DNA of 64,000 nt from Epiperipatus broadwayi (lineage: Eukaryota > Animalia > Onychophora), in assembly GCA_028023455.1 (NCBI GenBank), contig JAQFVV010000002.1:10106001-10170000 (forward strand), given 5' to 3'. Made by a program: the position numbers and the translations under genes. The notes under the pieces were generated by a model that worked only from the letters and a program-made list of their open reading frames with translations, was not told where the DNA came from and did no database searches. Shown in pieces: positions 1-13,600 of the stretch (its first letter is position 1; the number at the start of each line of letters is the position of its first letter).

Positions 1-1203
1 AAATGCAGCAATCTTCTCACTAGTCATGAAAAAAAAACGTTTCTCCCACTGACATCCCTACTGTAGTTAATGCAAGAGGTTCACCAATGGTCTTAACATT
101 CAGGGGGGATGCAGCCTCAGTGCTTTCACTGTTTACAAAGGACACACTTTATAAAAGACTTTGGTACATATCTGCACTACCTGAAATCAAAAGAAAGGCA
201 AGTTCCACCGCTGCAGTGGAAAGAATATAGAAACAACAACAAACTACAGACACCAAACAGTCACCTAAAACAGACAATAATATTGAAAACCACACTGATA
301 AACACAGGGCTACAACATCAAACTACACCAAATCTATAGACATAACTCCCACAGATGTAACACCAGACCACATAATATCTAGAGATGAAGATCAAGATGA
401 TAATCTTTCCCAACAAACTGAAATGGAATTCCACAACAATACAACCAAAAATAGAAATGATAAACAAACAACTACATCAAGTACACCTCATCTCATTTCA
501 AACCAATACACAGATAATATTCAGTCAATAAACAGTACAACATTGGAAAAAAAGGGCTATGAATCAATGCTTTACAATCCTTCAGACTTGAAATCACTTC
601 CAATAGAAGAAACAGACACCAGAATCAAAATAGACAAAAATAACACCCAATCACATAACTCCACATCCTCAAAAAGAAAGTAGCAAAACCAATAAACCAA
701 GGAAAAAATTCAATCCAGCACACACCAAAACTCCAAACCTGGGGGAAAAGAATGGTTTATCTGGACATTGGAATCAGGATCTTTCACAAGAAGTAGAGCT
801 AACACGACAAGCTATACCAAATATTAATAAACGGAAATCAGATGTTCCGGATAAATCAAGCTCAGATGACGATATGAATTCTGGGTTTATAACACAACTA
901 CCTACATTAAAACCAGATTCACAAGAGTCACAAATTAAACACAAATTGTCATGGGAAAAAAAGAAAAGAAAAACCTCTGAGCACTCTGATACTGATTCAG
1001 CACCAATGGAAGATGATCCCTATTTGGAATTACCAGATTCTATGGAAAATGAGGACCTTCCAGTACTCATGGAATCAAATCTACATAAATTCTCATTGGA
1101 AGAAGCATCAGATCAAGAAAACAATTATAGTCATTTACTTCCAAATTCTCCCCGAGACCAGGGGCCGGCTAGGGGGATGGGGACACTATATTATGAACTA
1201 TAA
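1..1203 (+). pseudogene. Disrupted ORF1 (gag-like nucleic-acid-binding protein) of copy 1
   Basis: PQCFHCLQRTHFIKD (109-339) aligns with PPQCFHCRQRGHLKKD in ORF1 of copy 2. It is followed by broken low-complexity frames; the last stop (1201-1203) overlaps the ORF2 start. Confidence 0.75.
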
Positions 1204-4200
1204 AATTGCAGGGATTAATGTCCATGGCCTCAACTCATTGGCCCATGCTCACGCAATTAGAAATTGGATAAGCATTAACTCTCCCCACATCCTTCTATTT
1301 GGGGAAACCAAATTCCATAATAACACTGACACTAAAATAGAAACATTAATTGCCACTATGGGCTTCACTAAATTTTCAGTTGGACATTCAGCAGCTGGAG
1401 GGGTTGGAGTATTAATTAACAAAAAATTTCCTCCAAACAAATTCTGTATTCTCTATTTGGATAACAACTTAATCTTATTAAAAATAGACTATTGGGGCTA
1501 CAGCATAAATCTAGCTTATATGTACACTTCAAACAATCCTACTATCTATCACAAAATCATTCAGATTTTAAATGCTATCCTTAGCAACAAATCAGGCTCT
1601 TTACTTATATTGGGAGATTTTAACACCACATATGGTCGCTTTAACCTAAAATTTCTTCCACTGATAAATAGAAACTTGATGTGTGGGGAAGGATTCCTTC
1701 CTCCCGGATCCTACTTTTTTTACACCAAATCCCACCAAACCCTAATAGACCTATTATATTATTCACCAGATTTACATTTTCATCTAAATGCAAAACTTTT
1801 ACCGGTTTCGTTTTCGGACCATATGGCCCTTGTAGTTACTCTTGAAACCATGGTTGGCCTCCCAACCACAGAGGCTCTTCACAAAACCATGTGGATGGTA
1901 ACAAAATCAAACATGACAGAGGCCATAGTGTCCGAATCTTATATATATTTTCACAAAATCAACATCCTTTCAAGACCAGCTGAAGAAGCTTGGTTTTCAT
2001 TTATAGGCATCCTACAGACAATATTAAAACACCACACCATGAAAGTCAAAGGCCCTAATGGCCTCTTCAGAGATCTTCTACAAAAAGAGAATCAGCTTCA
2101 GATGCTCCAAAGTCAATCTATCAAAACACAAGATGTATATAGTCTTAAAAACCTATACCGATCAAGACAAAAATCCCTGGCGGAATACCTATCCATTAGG
2201 AGAGCCAAATGCTATTTATCACAACAACATCACTGGACAAAAGGCTACTTGAGATGGGCACTTGGAGGGAAAAATAACAAAACCACTCCCACCTCCATCA
2301 TTGCAGACGGGAAAACCTTACTGGGAACACCTATGATGAACACAATAAAAGAACACTTCCGGCAAAGAATGCAAACCGCAATCTTCAATGGCACACAAAT
2401 CTGGTCTGAAGTTGATCTACAGGCACCACATGGGATCACAGAAAACCTACTCCAACAGAAAATATCTTCCCTTCCAGATGGTTACATCCTGGATTACATG
2501 GGATTCCCAGATTCCTAATCCTACACCTCAATCAATTTGCAATTCCCATAATGAAGAAGATGGTGGATTACTTAGCAACTGGTAATAGAGTGATACCTAA
2601 CCTTTAACCAGTGATGCTAGTTCCATTTATAAAAAAAAAATCAGGTTATGGATCTTTCAAACATCAGACCTATTTCCATGACACCCCTGCTAATTAAAAT
2701 TGTTGAGTTCGTGATCAAAGACCTCATCCAACCAAATGTCTTAAAGCACATATCTAACAACCAATATGCCAAGAAGGGATCCTCTACTGCACATGCAATG
2801 GGCAACATAATCTCCATCATTGACTATGTCAGAATCCACCGGAAGTCAGGGCCAATAGCTATTCAACTGGACATTGCTACAGCCTTTGACTCTGTACATA
2901 TAGACATACTCTTAAATATTTTGGCCGAGTATGATGTTCCTGCAGCTGCTGTCCAGATCATAAGCAATTTACTATACAACAGGGAAATTTTTATCACTAT
3001 GGATGGTAACATCACCTCCAGATTTAAACCAATACAAGCTCTCCCTCAGGGTTCCCCCCCTCAGTGCCCTATGCTTCATCGCATATATAAATCCTCTCCT
3101 GATGGATTTGGAAAAAAATCTACCAGGTCTTTTTATACCCAATTTAAGCAGAGAATTCAACACGTTTGCCTACATGGATGATGTAATGATTATCCTACCA
3201 TCAAGAAAACATATTCCTTTGCTACAAACAATATTAAGCCGCTATACTGAGAAATACAGGCTGCAATTCAACCCCAGCAAGTCTGCCTCCTGGCAAATTG
3301 TTTCAGGAAGGAAAATTAACACCATCTTCTCTGCCAAGCCACAGAGATATCTTGGGTTTTCCATATTCAAATCTACCACAGCAATGACCAAAGAGATTCA
3401 GGATAACATCCTAGAAACAACAAACAAATTCATCACTTCCTTGTCACAAGTCTACCTTCCCCTCCCTGGCAAGGTAGCACTAATTAACATGAATGTGATG
3501 CCAAAAATAGCATACTTTCTTCCATTTATCAAATGCAACAAAAGCTTCATAAATAAAATAAATGGCTTGTGCTCAAGGCTTTTCTGGAAAGGTAAAACGG
3601 TCGCGATCAGCCTCAAAGGCACTCAGTGACCAAGAAAGCTAAATGGTCTTATTCTCCACTCCATTCAGGCATTTATTTACCAAAAAACCCACAATGTCAT
3701 ACACAACTTGGTAGCATCATATGGTTTAACACAATTTTCCAAAAAACTTCCCTTCAAAAGGTAACACCCACTGACCAACTCCCACCAGACAGACAAACAT
3801 GGATCACTAGAAACACAAGCTTTATCAAACAGCACTGCCCAATAAATGACTCCACATTCAATTCTAAAATATCATTATGGCAAGCATACACAATCCTCCA
3901 TCCAATCTTACATCCTATAATCAACACATTTTATTACAATAATCAGAAACTGGTATCCAACTTTAAAAGATGGAGTCTAGAGGCCAAATACCTAGACTTC
4001 CTCATTAAATACAACATTAATGGACTACCTACTAATCACTTCCTCTTTTACAAACGTGGTCACAACATAGACCCTACTTGCAGCATTTGCATGAACGGCG
4101 ATGAGACATTGGAACACCTTTTCTCACAATGTATGGGATTTAGAGTGATCCAAGAAATCATACTCTCCAACACCAAGATAGATTTTCAACTGATCTCATC

Positions 4201-4426
4201 TCTGAAAGATAGTATCAATACTAAAACCTATCCAATTATACGTCTCTCGGTGTTTTTGAACTATGCCATATGGGTTACACATTGTAAACTAATCATGGAA
4301 CACCCACTACCTAATATAAAACAGGTTTTTTCCAAAACAATGATTAAAATCCAGAAGAGAGACCAACTCCTGGCATCGTTGAAAACATTTGAAGACACTT
4401 GGACATTATACAATATGCCAAACTAA
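1193..4426 (+). pseudogene. Frameshifted ORF2 (APE endonuclease + reverse transcriptase + zf-RVT-like finger) of copy 1
   Basis: MNYKIAGINVHGLN, LFGETK, LILGDFN, DLLY and SDH are APE motifs; RPISM, QLDIATAFDSV, PQGSP and YMDD are RT motifs; CSICMNGDETLEHLFSQC is the finger. Split over ORFs 1013-2518, 2648-3181, 3003-3629 and 3626-4426. Confidence 0.92.
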
Positions 4427-7400
4427 CAACAAGGCAAAAGGGGGGGGGGGCTAACAATCAGATAACAAATATGTGAAAGATCTAATGTTCACACCATATT
4501 GGACAACATAGACTCATCAGAACCCAAATGGAAATAACAAGATAGTTAGAACAACAATGTCAACCCCAATTGTATGATTACACATCACTGTATACATTAG
4601 AAATAATAAATTATTATTGAAACTAAATCTTATTCTTTCATCACAAATTCAATCTTTTGTAAAATTTTATTTAATGTCATTAAATTCTGTTTGTTTTCTA
4701 TGATGTTAATTCTTCATCTTCATTTATTTCACTTCATTAACTAAAATCAGCCAGAGGAAAAAATTGAAAAGGAAAGTCTCATGATAATTAATAGTTTAAT
4801 CTTTCTCAAAACTTATCTATTTTTATTTTGCTAATTAAAAAAAAAATATTAGGTAGTTTTATCTTATGCAGAATAATTTTTTATTTCATAACAAGTGTGA
4901 AAAATTTACTTTTGATAATTAGTTAATAAACAGTTAGCTTAATAAGTTTTAAATGAATAGAGATCTCAAAATGAATTCATTATTTGATAACATGTCATTT
5001 TACAGAAATGCACTGGTTTAAAAATTATTTTTAAAAAAATTAGTTTAATCATACTTCTTTAGTATAGAACTTATCTCTTATTTCATCCTTTGTAATTGAT
5101 TGATAGTAGTATAGAAAACAAAAACAGTAGTTTTATAATATTATAGAAAACTTACATTCAGATACCTTTGCTATTTTTGGTACACTTTGTTAATCTTAGT
5201 TATATTTATCTGTATTTTTAACTTTGCTTAATTAAGTTAAACATTAATCAATCTTATTCAAATAATATTTTGGTAGATTTAGCTTAATTGAAAGTTTCAT
5301 TAAAAATATTTATTTATTGTAATGCTGTACAAACTGTTAAAATAATTGTATAATTGATCTATATTTGCAAGGGGTGCATTTTAGCAATATAGCTTTTAAA
5401 AAAAGGACAATGTTAATTTATTTTATATATGTTAAATTTTCTGGATGTTATGTTTGAGAGTAATAAATCGGCAATAAAGTTAACAATTTTTTATTTATAT
5501 CAAATGTTGGATAATTACAAATAATAATTTACAAATTCATTGTATATGATCAACATCTAGCAGGAAATTAAACTTTTTGTAAATACAACTCAGTTTAGTT
5601 TTAAGATGGTTACCAAAAGTAATTTAGTTATGATTATAACTGACTAATAGAATATTCTGTAATTAATAAGAGACAGTATGGTATCATGTTTAAGTAATGA
5701 ATAATACCATGCTTTATCACTGGCAAGGTTAAAATTGCTTAATTATCAGTCATGTAAGCAATTTGTGTTATCTTTAAATACAATGTTGTAATCACTTACA
5801 GCAGTATAATAATTACTTATATTGTAAATATTACCCATGTTACCCATGATGACAACAATTACGCAGTTGATAATGTAACCATAAGGGACTTGAAACAGAC
5901 TTTCAAGCTCCCTTCAGTTATCCACTCTATCTCATACAACCAATACATGTAACTACACAGGAAGTCTGTGTTCAAGTTCTTTATGGTTACATCTAAATTC
6001 CAAGTATATAAATTATACTTGTATTCAATTAAATATTACAGGGGATAATGGTAATGATTGTCTGACAGATTACATTAATAAATATTGTGATTTTGGGTTT
6101 TTATTTATCTACAGGATTTGAATCATGATGCAAAAAATGGATCCTACCGATTTACATCACTGACAGTTTTAATTTTAAGCTGATAAAAGATTAATTGAAT
6201 GAATAATTCTGATCCTGTAGCATGATTTATAGTAGTGGTTTAGTATATAGAATTGCTTCATAAGTGCTTTTTTAATCAGATTTTCTATAAACTAATTAAT
6301 TTTATTTGTTCTGTGTTTGTTCAATTGTTAAAGAAAATATTGAATGGAAATGAAATTTAACCTCAAGTAAGTAGACAGATAATAATCAATATCAATAAAC
6401 ATGGCTCATTTAATACATTTCGCCATTAGTAAGTAATGAGTGATAATTTATGCTTAGTAAAAAAAAAATGCTTTAAGAGCAACAAAGTTGAAGGATTGTT
6501 TAATCTATAATTTTTTCAATTGAAAAAAAAAAAAAGAAATAAATAAATTGCTTTTTTTATTGGCATAAACATTAAATATAACTAATATATTAAAAGTATT
6601 GAAAATAAGTTTCTTTTATTTTTTTCTATGATGAATCTTTTATAGATAAGGATTTTATATATATTCTTTTTTTTAAAAAAATTAGCAAAATATAAAAATC
6701 AACTAAAAATTCTAGTTAGTTTCTAGAAATCATCTATCATCATTTTAAAATTTTATTTATATTATTTAATATCTTTTTTAAAACATATTCTAACATAATA
6801 ATTATGCTACAGATTGTATTTACTTCAAATTAATTATTTTTTATTAATTATATTTATTAAAGCTATTATAATAACCTATTAAACAGAACTTTTGTTTGTT
6901 GAATTAAAGTGTACTTGACAAACAAGAAAATAAAAATTCAAATTAAATACATATTAAAAAATACTAAAATTAATCCTTTTTAAATTTCATTTTCACTGTC
7001 AGCAGTTAAGGTTTTACAATGCTTTTTATATATTTTTAAACAGCTTTTGTTTAACTTAGTAATTCTGTTTGTTTTAGGAAAAATTTTGAAATGAGGTGTA
7101 ACATTTGCACTTAAGAGCATATTCTATAATACCGGCCAGGTGGCGGGCACCATTTATTTTTTCAATGTAAATTTATAGTTGGATATTGTTAATAATACAT
7201 ATAATGTACAAAAAAATATTTATTTCAAAAATAAAATTTTAACATAATTAACGTAGTTTATATTTTACGTTGTAAAAGTATAGTATGCCCTACAATTTGA
7301 TTACAATATAATACAATAATTTATAAAAAATTTTAAAAAGTAAATTTATTTGGGTCAGATAAATAATTTTTTATCGTGTTTGGATAGCGGCGGGCGCACA

Positions 7401-8064
7401 TAAAATGGTCTGCGGGCATCATGGTGCCCGTGGGCATAGGGTTGGGGATCCTGATTTACATGTTAGAAATCGAGAGCATTGTAGTATGAATGAAATATTT
7501 CAGGGTTATCAAATTATTTACAAGTGGTTTTTACAATCCAAGGATATCTGGTACACCAAATTTCAAATGGGATGATATTGCTTCAGTAAATTTTTAGTGA
7601 TTTATATTTACAAAAAAAAAAAAAAAACAAATAATGAAAGTGTTGATGTTAAATTTAAATAGAAATGAAAACAAATTTTATTTTCTCTTGATTGTAAAAG
7701 TTGTTTTAAATTTTAATTTCTCTTGATTATTAAATATTTTTTTAAAATGCTTCTTTTATAAACAAAATAATATTGGAATCATTTTTTTTATGAGATAAAT
7801 TTTATTGATAGCAAATTATATATGAACATTAATATATTTATCAAAGAATAAATTTAAATTGCATAACTTTTGACACACTATATATGAAAACATAGGAAAC
7901 TAATTGGGTGTTCAAAGCAAATAAAGGATAAAAATATTGGATAATAGCCATAGAAGAATGAGAGAGGAATATCTACATGGGTAAAATAGATTTAGTAATA
8001 ACTGATGTAAATGGAAACTGGATAGATGTACTAAGGATTGTCATGGTACCAGTAAAAGTAAACA

Positions 8065-8918
8065 TTCAAAACTCTCTAAGCCAGAGTAATCAATGGATCC
8101 CAGAAGGCTTGCACATAAAATCCCCATCTAGTGCCTACTCATCCAATATCCCCAGCCTAGTTTCTGGCTTGTGGCCTTCATTAGTGAGGAGCCTTAGATC
8201 TGAGAGCACTGCACCTAGATCTTAGGATCTAATGCAACCCTCCAGCAGCCACCTTTTATCTCTACTTAACTACAAAACCATGAGTCTTACCTTGAAAACA
8301 CTAATATTTTCAATCCAAACTCATTATTATATAGTCATTAGGTCTGAACTCAGTTCAGTACCTTACTCTGGCTTTCACTGAGTGGCAATACGTATAGAGA
8401 GTTTTGCCTGTTTTAATAACAGTTATAAGCAAGCATAGAAAATGGTGATCATGTGATGTTTATTGGGTTAAAATTAATTTTGCCTAATAGGATAGTGATG
8501 GTTATGGTTATTAAAGAACCAGCCACCAAAATGTATAGTACTGAACTGAGTTCAGACCTATATGATTATATAAGCTAATGAGCTTGGATTGAAAATATTA
8601 CAGTGTTTTCAATTTGACTCATGGTTTTGTAGTTAAGTAGAGATAAAAGGTGGCTGCTAGAGAGTTGCATTAGATCCTAGGATCTAAGTGCAGTGCTCTT
8701 TGATCCAAAGTTCCTCACTGATGAAGGCCACAAGCCAGAAACTAGTCTGGGAATATTGGATGAGTAGGCACTAGATGGGGATTTTATGCACAAGCCTTCT
8801 GGCATCCATTGATTATTCTGGCTTGCACTGAGTGGCAATATCTATAGAGAGTTTTGCCTGTTTTGATAACAGTTACAAATAAGCATAGAAAAGGATGATC
8901 ATGTGATGTTTTTTGGCT
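8065..8918 (+). mobile_element. Composite insertion of a ~370-bp hammerhead-bearing dispersed repeat (family H): inverted copy + 3' fragment + sense copy
   Basis: ~8079-8360 is the reverse complement of ~8537-8825. The same 3' block (CTGGCTT.CACTGAGTGGCAATA...GATCATGTGATGTT) occurs at ~8368-8470 and ~8818-8918. A 12-bp direct repeat TAAAAGTAAACA lies at 8053-8064 and 8919-8930. Confidence 0.8.
8714..8751 (+). ncRNA. Minimal type I hammerhead ribozyme motif (family H), predicted cleavage after GUC 8747
   Basis: CTCA-CTGATGA-A-GGC(CACAA)GCC-A-GAAACTAGTC-TGGG: intact CUGANGA and GAAA cores, palindromic stem III ACTAGT, GUC triplet, stem I CTCA/TGGG. Confidence 0.75.
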
Positions 8919-9369
8919 TAAAAGTAAACAAGAGAATGAAGAATGTATCTCTTTATATTGTGGCTAGAGATTGGAATCCAATTTTAGGAGAAACTTGTTT
9001 AAATCTCTAGGCATTCAAATAAAAATAATACAAGAGTCCAAATAGAATCTGAAATCTGGGATAAATTTCCAAAACTGTTCAAGCTGAATCGATCAGAATT
9101 GAATACACTACTGATTGATATAAAGTTATGGTTATGATGATCAGCCTGTTGTCTGTGGACCATGAAAGGTTTCATTTACTTTGAAAACCAAGGAGTTGAT
9201 ATGGTTATACTCACTGTAGTAATTTTGAAACCTGATGATACTGTACATCTTTGCAGTGACTATTACATAATTGTGAATAAACCTATGCAGTGACTTGCAT
9301 AATGATATATAATTTAAGAAACAAACCAGTACTTAGTGTTCAGGAGTAGTGTTCAGGATATTATCTTCT

Positions 9370-12300
9370 TTGCAAAGGACTTTCTATTTTGTTAAAGTTG
9401 ACCTATGGTCAGCATTTCATCAGATTACAGTTTTAACAAAACAGCTGAACTCCTAATCATTAATATGCATTGGGACTAATCAAGGATAATAAGCTACCAT
9501 AGATATTAATGTGTTTCAAACAAAAGTGGATGGTCTACTGCAGGGAATTACATGGATGACATTCTGATAACCACTGAAACAGAGTGAACTAAGAGTATGC
9601 ATTAATAAAATATGTGAAAAGTTGAAAAGAATGGGTGCTTAACTGAATACCCTGAAATGCAAATGGTAAATGAAAGAAATTAAGTTCTTAAGACATATTA
9701 TTACTAATAAAGGGAAATAACTGAGTCCAGAGATAATGAAAAATGTACCTAAACTCAAAAACATCAAGGATCTCCAAGTATTCTGAGGATCTTAAAAATT
9801 TTTTGAAAGTTTTCTGAAAGGAAAACCTCATGTTGCAACTTCACTTTATAATTTGTTAAAGAAAAAACAATGATTAAAATGAGGAATCAAGCAAGATATT
9901 GCCTTTAAAAAAGTAAAATACTTACTAATGTCAATTTCTGATACACTACAAAAAACAGCAGAATGTAATATAATAACTATGAAGCTTGTGTTGTCATTTT
10001 TCATAGAGATTATGGTAGTTAATACATATTGTGCATGCATCTAGAATTTTGAATGGTTGAAAAAATTATAGCTATCTTAATGAAAAGGCTCTAGCAATAT
10101 TATTTGCCATGAAGAAGTTTCACCAACAAGTATACGAACATACTTTTTATATTTACACAGACCATAGTCACCTATTGGAAATACTGGCAAATCTGAAAAG
10201 ATATCCTGGTCATGTTACTTAATGTATGATCAGATGGATATACATATTAGCATTCCTTGATTTTGAACTTGGGTATAAGCATGAGAAACAAATTATTCAA
10301 GCCAATATTTATCAATAATAATAGATATGCAAGAGCATGATCCATGGACTACTGAAATAAACTATATTAATTCAATGAAATCTGAATTATTAAACAGTGC
10401 AGTCATAACTAATTGGACAAAAGATAACTCTGGATTCTAATTAGTTAAAAGATAAATAAAAAAAGGATGGCATCAAAGATGACCAAAGTACTTGTTTGAG
10501 TCATGAGAGTATATCCACATGTAACAGATGCATTTTAATGACAGACCACATGTTGATTTTGACATATGGATGAAACGTGTTGGATTTATATGAAAAACAT
10601 CCTGGAATTATTAGAACAAAGGAATTAGCTACATTATATATATATGGTGACCTGGAATGAACCAAGATATTGAACAAACAGTCAAAAGATATTGAGCTTG
10701 TCAGCTGACAGTTAGGCTATTATTTAGTCATTGAAATCATAGTCACAGGCAGAGGATCTATATAGATCATAACAGAACTTTCAATCATTATCCTTTACTA
10801 GCGATCACTGAATCTTATTCAAGATGGGCTGAATACAAAGCAATGAAGAATACAAGTATGGACACCATAGTAAAAATACTAAACTAAATGTTTTTATGTC
10901 ATAAATATCCAGAAATAATTGTATCATTACAATTAAAACATTTTTTAACTAGTAAGAAAATACAACATATTTTAGCAAATCCCATTATCGCCCAATAGAT
11001 TAGCTGAAAAAGCAGTGCAATAGGCAAAATTGTTGCTGAATAAAATGCAATATAAAGATATTAATAAAGCCTTAATGCCAGCTATGTTTTATCAACATTT
11101 CATGCCTAGTACAGTAACCAAAAAAATATCTGCAAAACTGTTGATCAGAAATTAAATTCAAAACATGTGTCATCACTGACTCCTAGCATGAGTAAGATAT
11201 GCGAGACCAATTTAAGTAACCTAAAACTTACTGTGGGAGAAACCATTTTGATACATGATGCATTAAAAAAATAGCAAAGAGGAATCATATCAAAACAACT
11301 ACATGATGCATTATAATAATATTAAATAGTGCTATCACACTTATAACATAAAGCTGTATAAATTAATAGCAATTAATCAATTAAAATGGCTTAGTGCTTT
11401 CGAGAAAATATATTTCTCATAATCATAGCCTATTATGACATTCATTGGAATCATTCTATATATATAATGTGCAAACTCTATGCAAATGAGTCAATTAGCC
11501 AATCGGTTTGATATAAGCAAAACATGCTTTACGATTAATGGTGAAGGAGTCTTCTGATATGAAGTAAGCCTCCTTTCCCTTATGTTTAACATCGTCTACT
11601 GAGAAGCATGATGTTAAAAGTAAAGTAAAGGAGGCTTACTTCATAGCAGAAGGCTCCTTTGCCATTAATCATAAAGATGGGCTAATTGACTCATTTGCAT
11701 AGAGTTTGCATATTATATATATAGAATGATTCCAATGAATGAGTCATAATAGGCTATGATTATGAGAAATACATTTTCTTGAAAGCACTAAGCCATTTTA
11801 ATTGCTATTAATTCATACAGCTTTATGTTATAAGTGTGATAGCACTATTTAATATTATTATAATTTGGACAAGCATAAAGCATAAATCTATAATTTATTA
11901 CATGATGCATTAAAAAGACAGTAAGCAGGAATTGTATCAAAACAACTATGAGTTGTACAGTTGTCTGATGGTAGGGAAGTCAGAAGATGTCAGTTATTGT
12001 AGAAGCTGTTTAAGTGATTCATTTGATCATATATATGGAAGAGTGAGTACTCGTGCAACTGAGTGGTTCTCATGCAGCTTGTATTGCTGATTCCATAAAA
12101 AGCAAGAATTATAAAGAAGTGTCATTGGAAGTTCAAATTGATGAGACATCCAGAAGTGAACAAAAAAGATTCTTCAAGAATAAGTCTCTGTACCAATGAC
12201 TCATCTGAAGTATCTATGGAGTTGTGCAATACAGAACAAATCAAGGAAGCACAGCAATATCAATTTCTAGATAATCTAGAGAGTGCAAAAGGTCAGAATG

Positions 12301-12480
12301 ATTTAAAGACTATATGCACATTTAGATTTAGAATCATTTTCTAGAATGAGGGAAGATATGCAATATCCAATTAAATATTTGAGGGAAGATGTGCAATATC
12401 CAATTAAATATTTGATGTATAATTTGTGAAGTATTGTAAATAAAATTTATATATTTGTGTATGTAAACATTAGTCAGACA
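9370..12480 (+). mobile_element. Degraded Ty3/gypsy (K02A2.6-like) pol, interrupted by a palindromic insertion
   Basis: Broken frames read KVDLWSAFHQI (~9394) and IYMDDILI (~9547) for RT, ALAILFAMKKFH..TDH (~10090-10170) for RNase H, and HPGIIRTKELA..WPGMNQDIEQ (~10600-10680) for the integrase zinc finger. A purine tract GAGGGAAGA lies in a 33-bp tandem duplication at 12347-12412. Confidence 0.8.
11314..11898 (+). mobile_element. Fold-back insertion of a Penelope-like 3' end (long palindrome + 34-nt tail)
   Basis: Arms 11310-~11593 and ~11610-11864. Direct repeat TACATGATGCATTA at 11300-11313 and 11899-11912. The right arm starts KVKEAYFIAEGSFAINHKDG, resembling the C-terminus of PLE GIY-YIG domains. 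Confidence 0.75.
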
Positions 12481-13199
12481 AAAAAATAATAAAAACCTCA
12501 ATAAAGTTATACTTTAAAAAATTAATATATGCAGTTATGCTAAACATACAAGTGTAAATTTGCATATTATGCAAATTAGCTTAATTGTGCTGTTCATATG
12601 AACTACAGATAAAATTGCATCTTACTAGTACTTAAAAAAATCTTAGGAGTGGTCATACTCATGTCACTGAAGCAATACATACATTGTAAAAAATTTGTGA
12701 ACTTAATGTGCAAAAAGCTTTAATGGTTGAATAACCAACAAGCAGCTAGTTGTAATGTTTTTATAGTTAATAATCTTTCATTGTTAGGTTTATTCTCTGA
12801 GTTAAGTGTTTATTTTAATACAATGTAGATGGTTATTCAGCTAGTGGTAGAGAATTATCCTTGACATAGCAAATACGACAAATATAAATGTAGCAATTTT
12901 TTTCTCTTAGACATTCTTCTATTGTTCAGATTTTTCATCCAAATTTTGAAGAGTCATTACAAATTTAAAATAGAGCATCATACACTTCAGGTAAATATTT
13001 ATAAAGAGGTTTTATGCCATCAATTCTGCTTGATCACTATGTTTCAAATAATGCTTTAATGTTAAATCATTTACATGAGTAATTAAAATATTCCATGGTA
13101 AACAGAAGAGGAAAAAAAGTATATAACTCTTGTACCATATTGAAGAAACCAGTAGTTTCATGATTAATATTTACAATATAATTAACTATCAGTTTCAGC

Positions 13200-13600
13200 T
13201 ATGATTTGGGACATAAAATACAGGGGATTAAAATCAAAAATTCCTTTTTGTAAACCTATATTTTTTCCAATCATAGCCTTAATCTTTTAATTTGTTTATG
13301 CTCAAATTTAATTTTTTCAGTAAATTAATAAGAAATATTGTCAATCCAAACTCTGTAACATCTAAATTGTATAGAATGTTAAAAAGTGTTCATGTATTTC
13401 AACACTTTTATATCCTACTGAAATGAATGTTCAAAATTCATGACATGATTCCCAATTATTATGATTACACAAACTGTTCATACAGTAGCAAACTCTTTAT
13501 ACAGCAGTATAATGCCATGAATTGTTTTGAATCTGTTAATGAGACTCCTATAATGTCTAGGAATATCAAATTTAAGTGGGTTTATTGTTTTATCATTTAG
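13200..13600 (-). mobile_element. Possible old non-LTR retrotransposon C-terminal relic
   Basis: The minus strand near 13505-13558 reads RHYRSLINRFKTIHG, similar to the LNRxRTGHG motif downstream of some LINE RTs. Boundaries are approximate. Confidence 0.3.

Larger units (their letters stand above)
1..4625 (+). mobile_element. L1/Tx1-like non-LTR retrotransposon, copy 1 (5' part outside window, frameshifted)
   Basis: Order is ORF1 remnant, APE endonuclease, RT, C-terminal CCHC finger, then a 3' UTR ending near AATAAA-TTATTATTGAAA (~4607-4622). Collinear with and similar to the element at 17553-23746. Confidence 0.9.

Noticed and set aside
5873-5992. 33-bp inverted repeat as another tailed fold-back
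   Set aside because: The inverted repeat is real, but no direct repeat abuts an arm, so it does not fit the architecture.
6115-6183. Terminal coding exon after a good splice acceptor (DLNHDAKNGSYRF...)
   Set aside because: No recognisable homology or partner exon; such acceptors are common in AT-rich DNA.
8065-8918. Family H as a Helentron/HINE or TIR MITE
   Set aside because: Asymmetric inverted repeats suggested this first, but four insertions have 12-15-bp flanking direct repeats, arm lengths vary, and an HHR is present.
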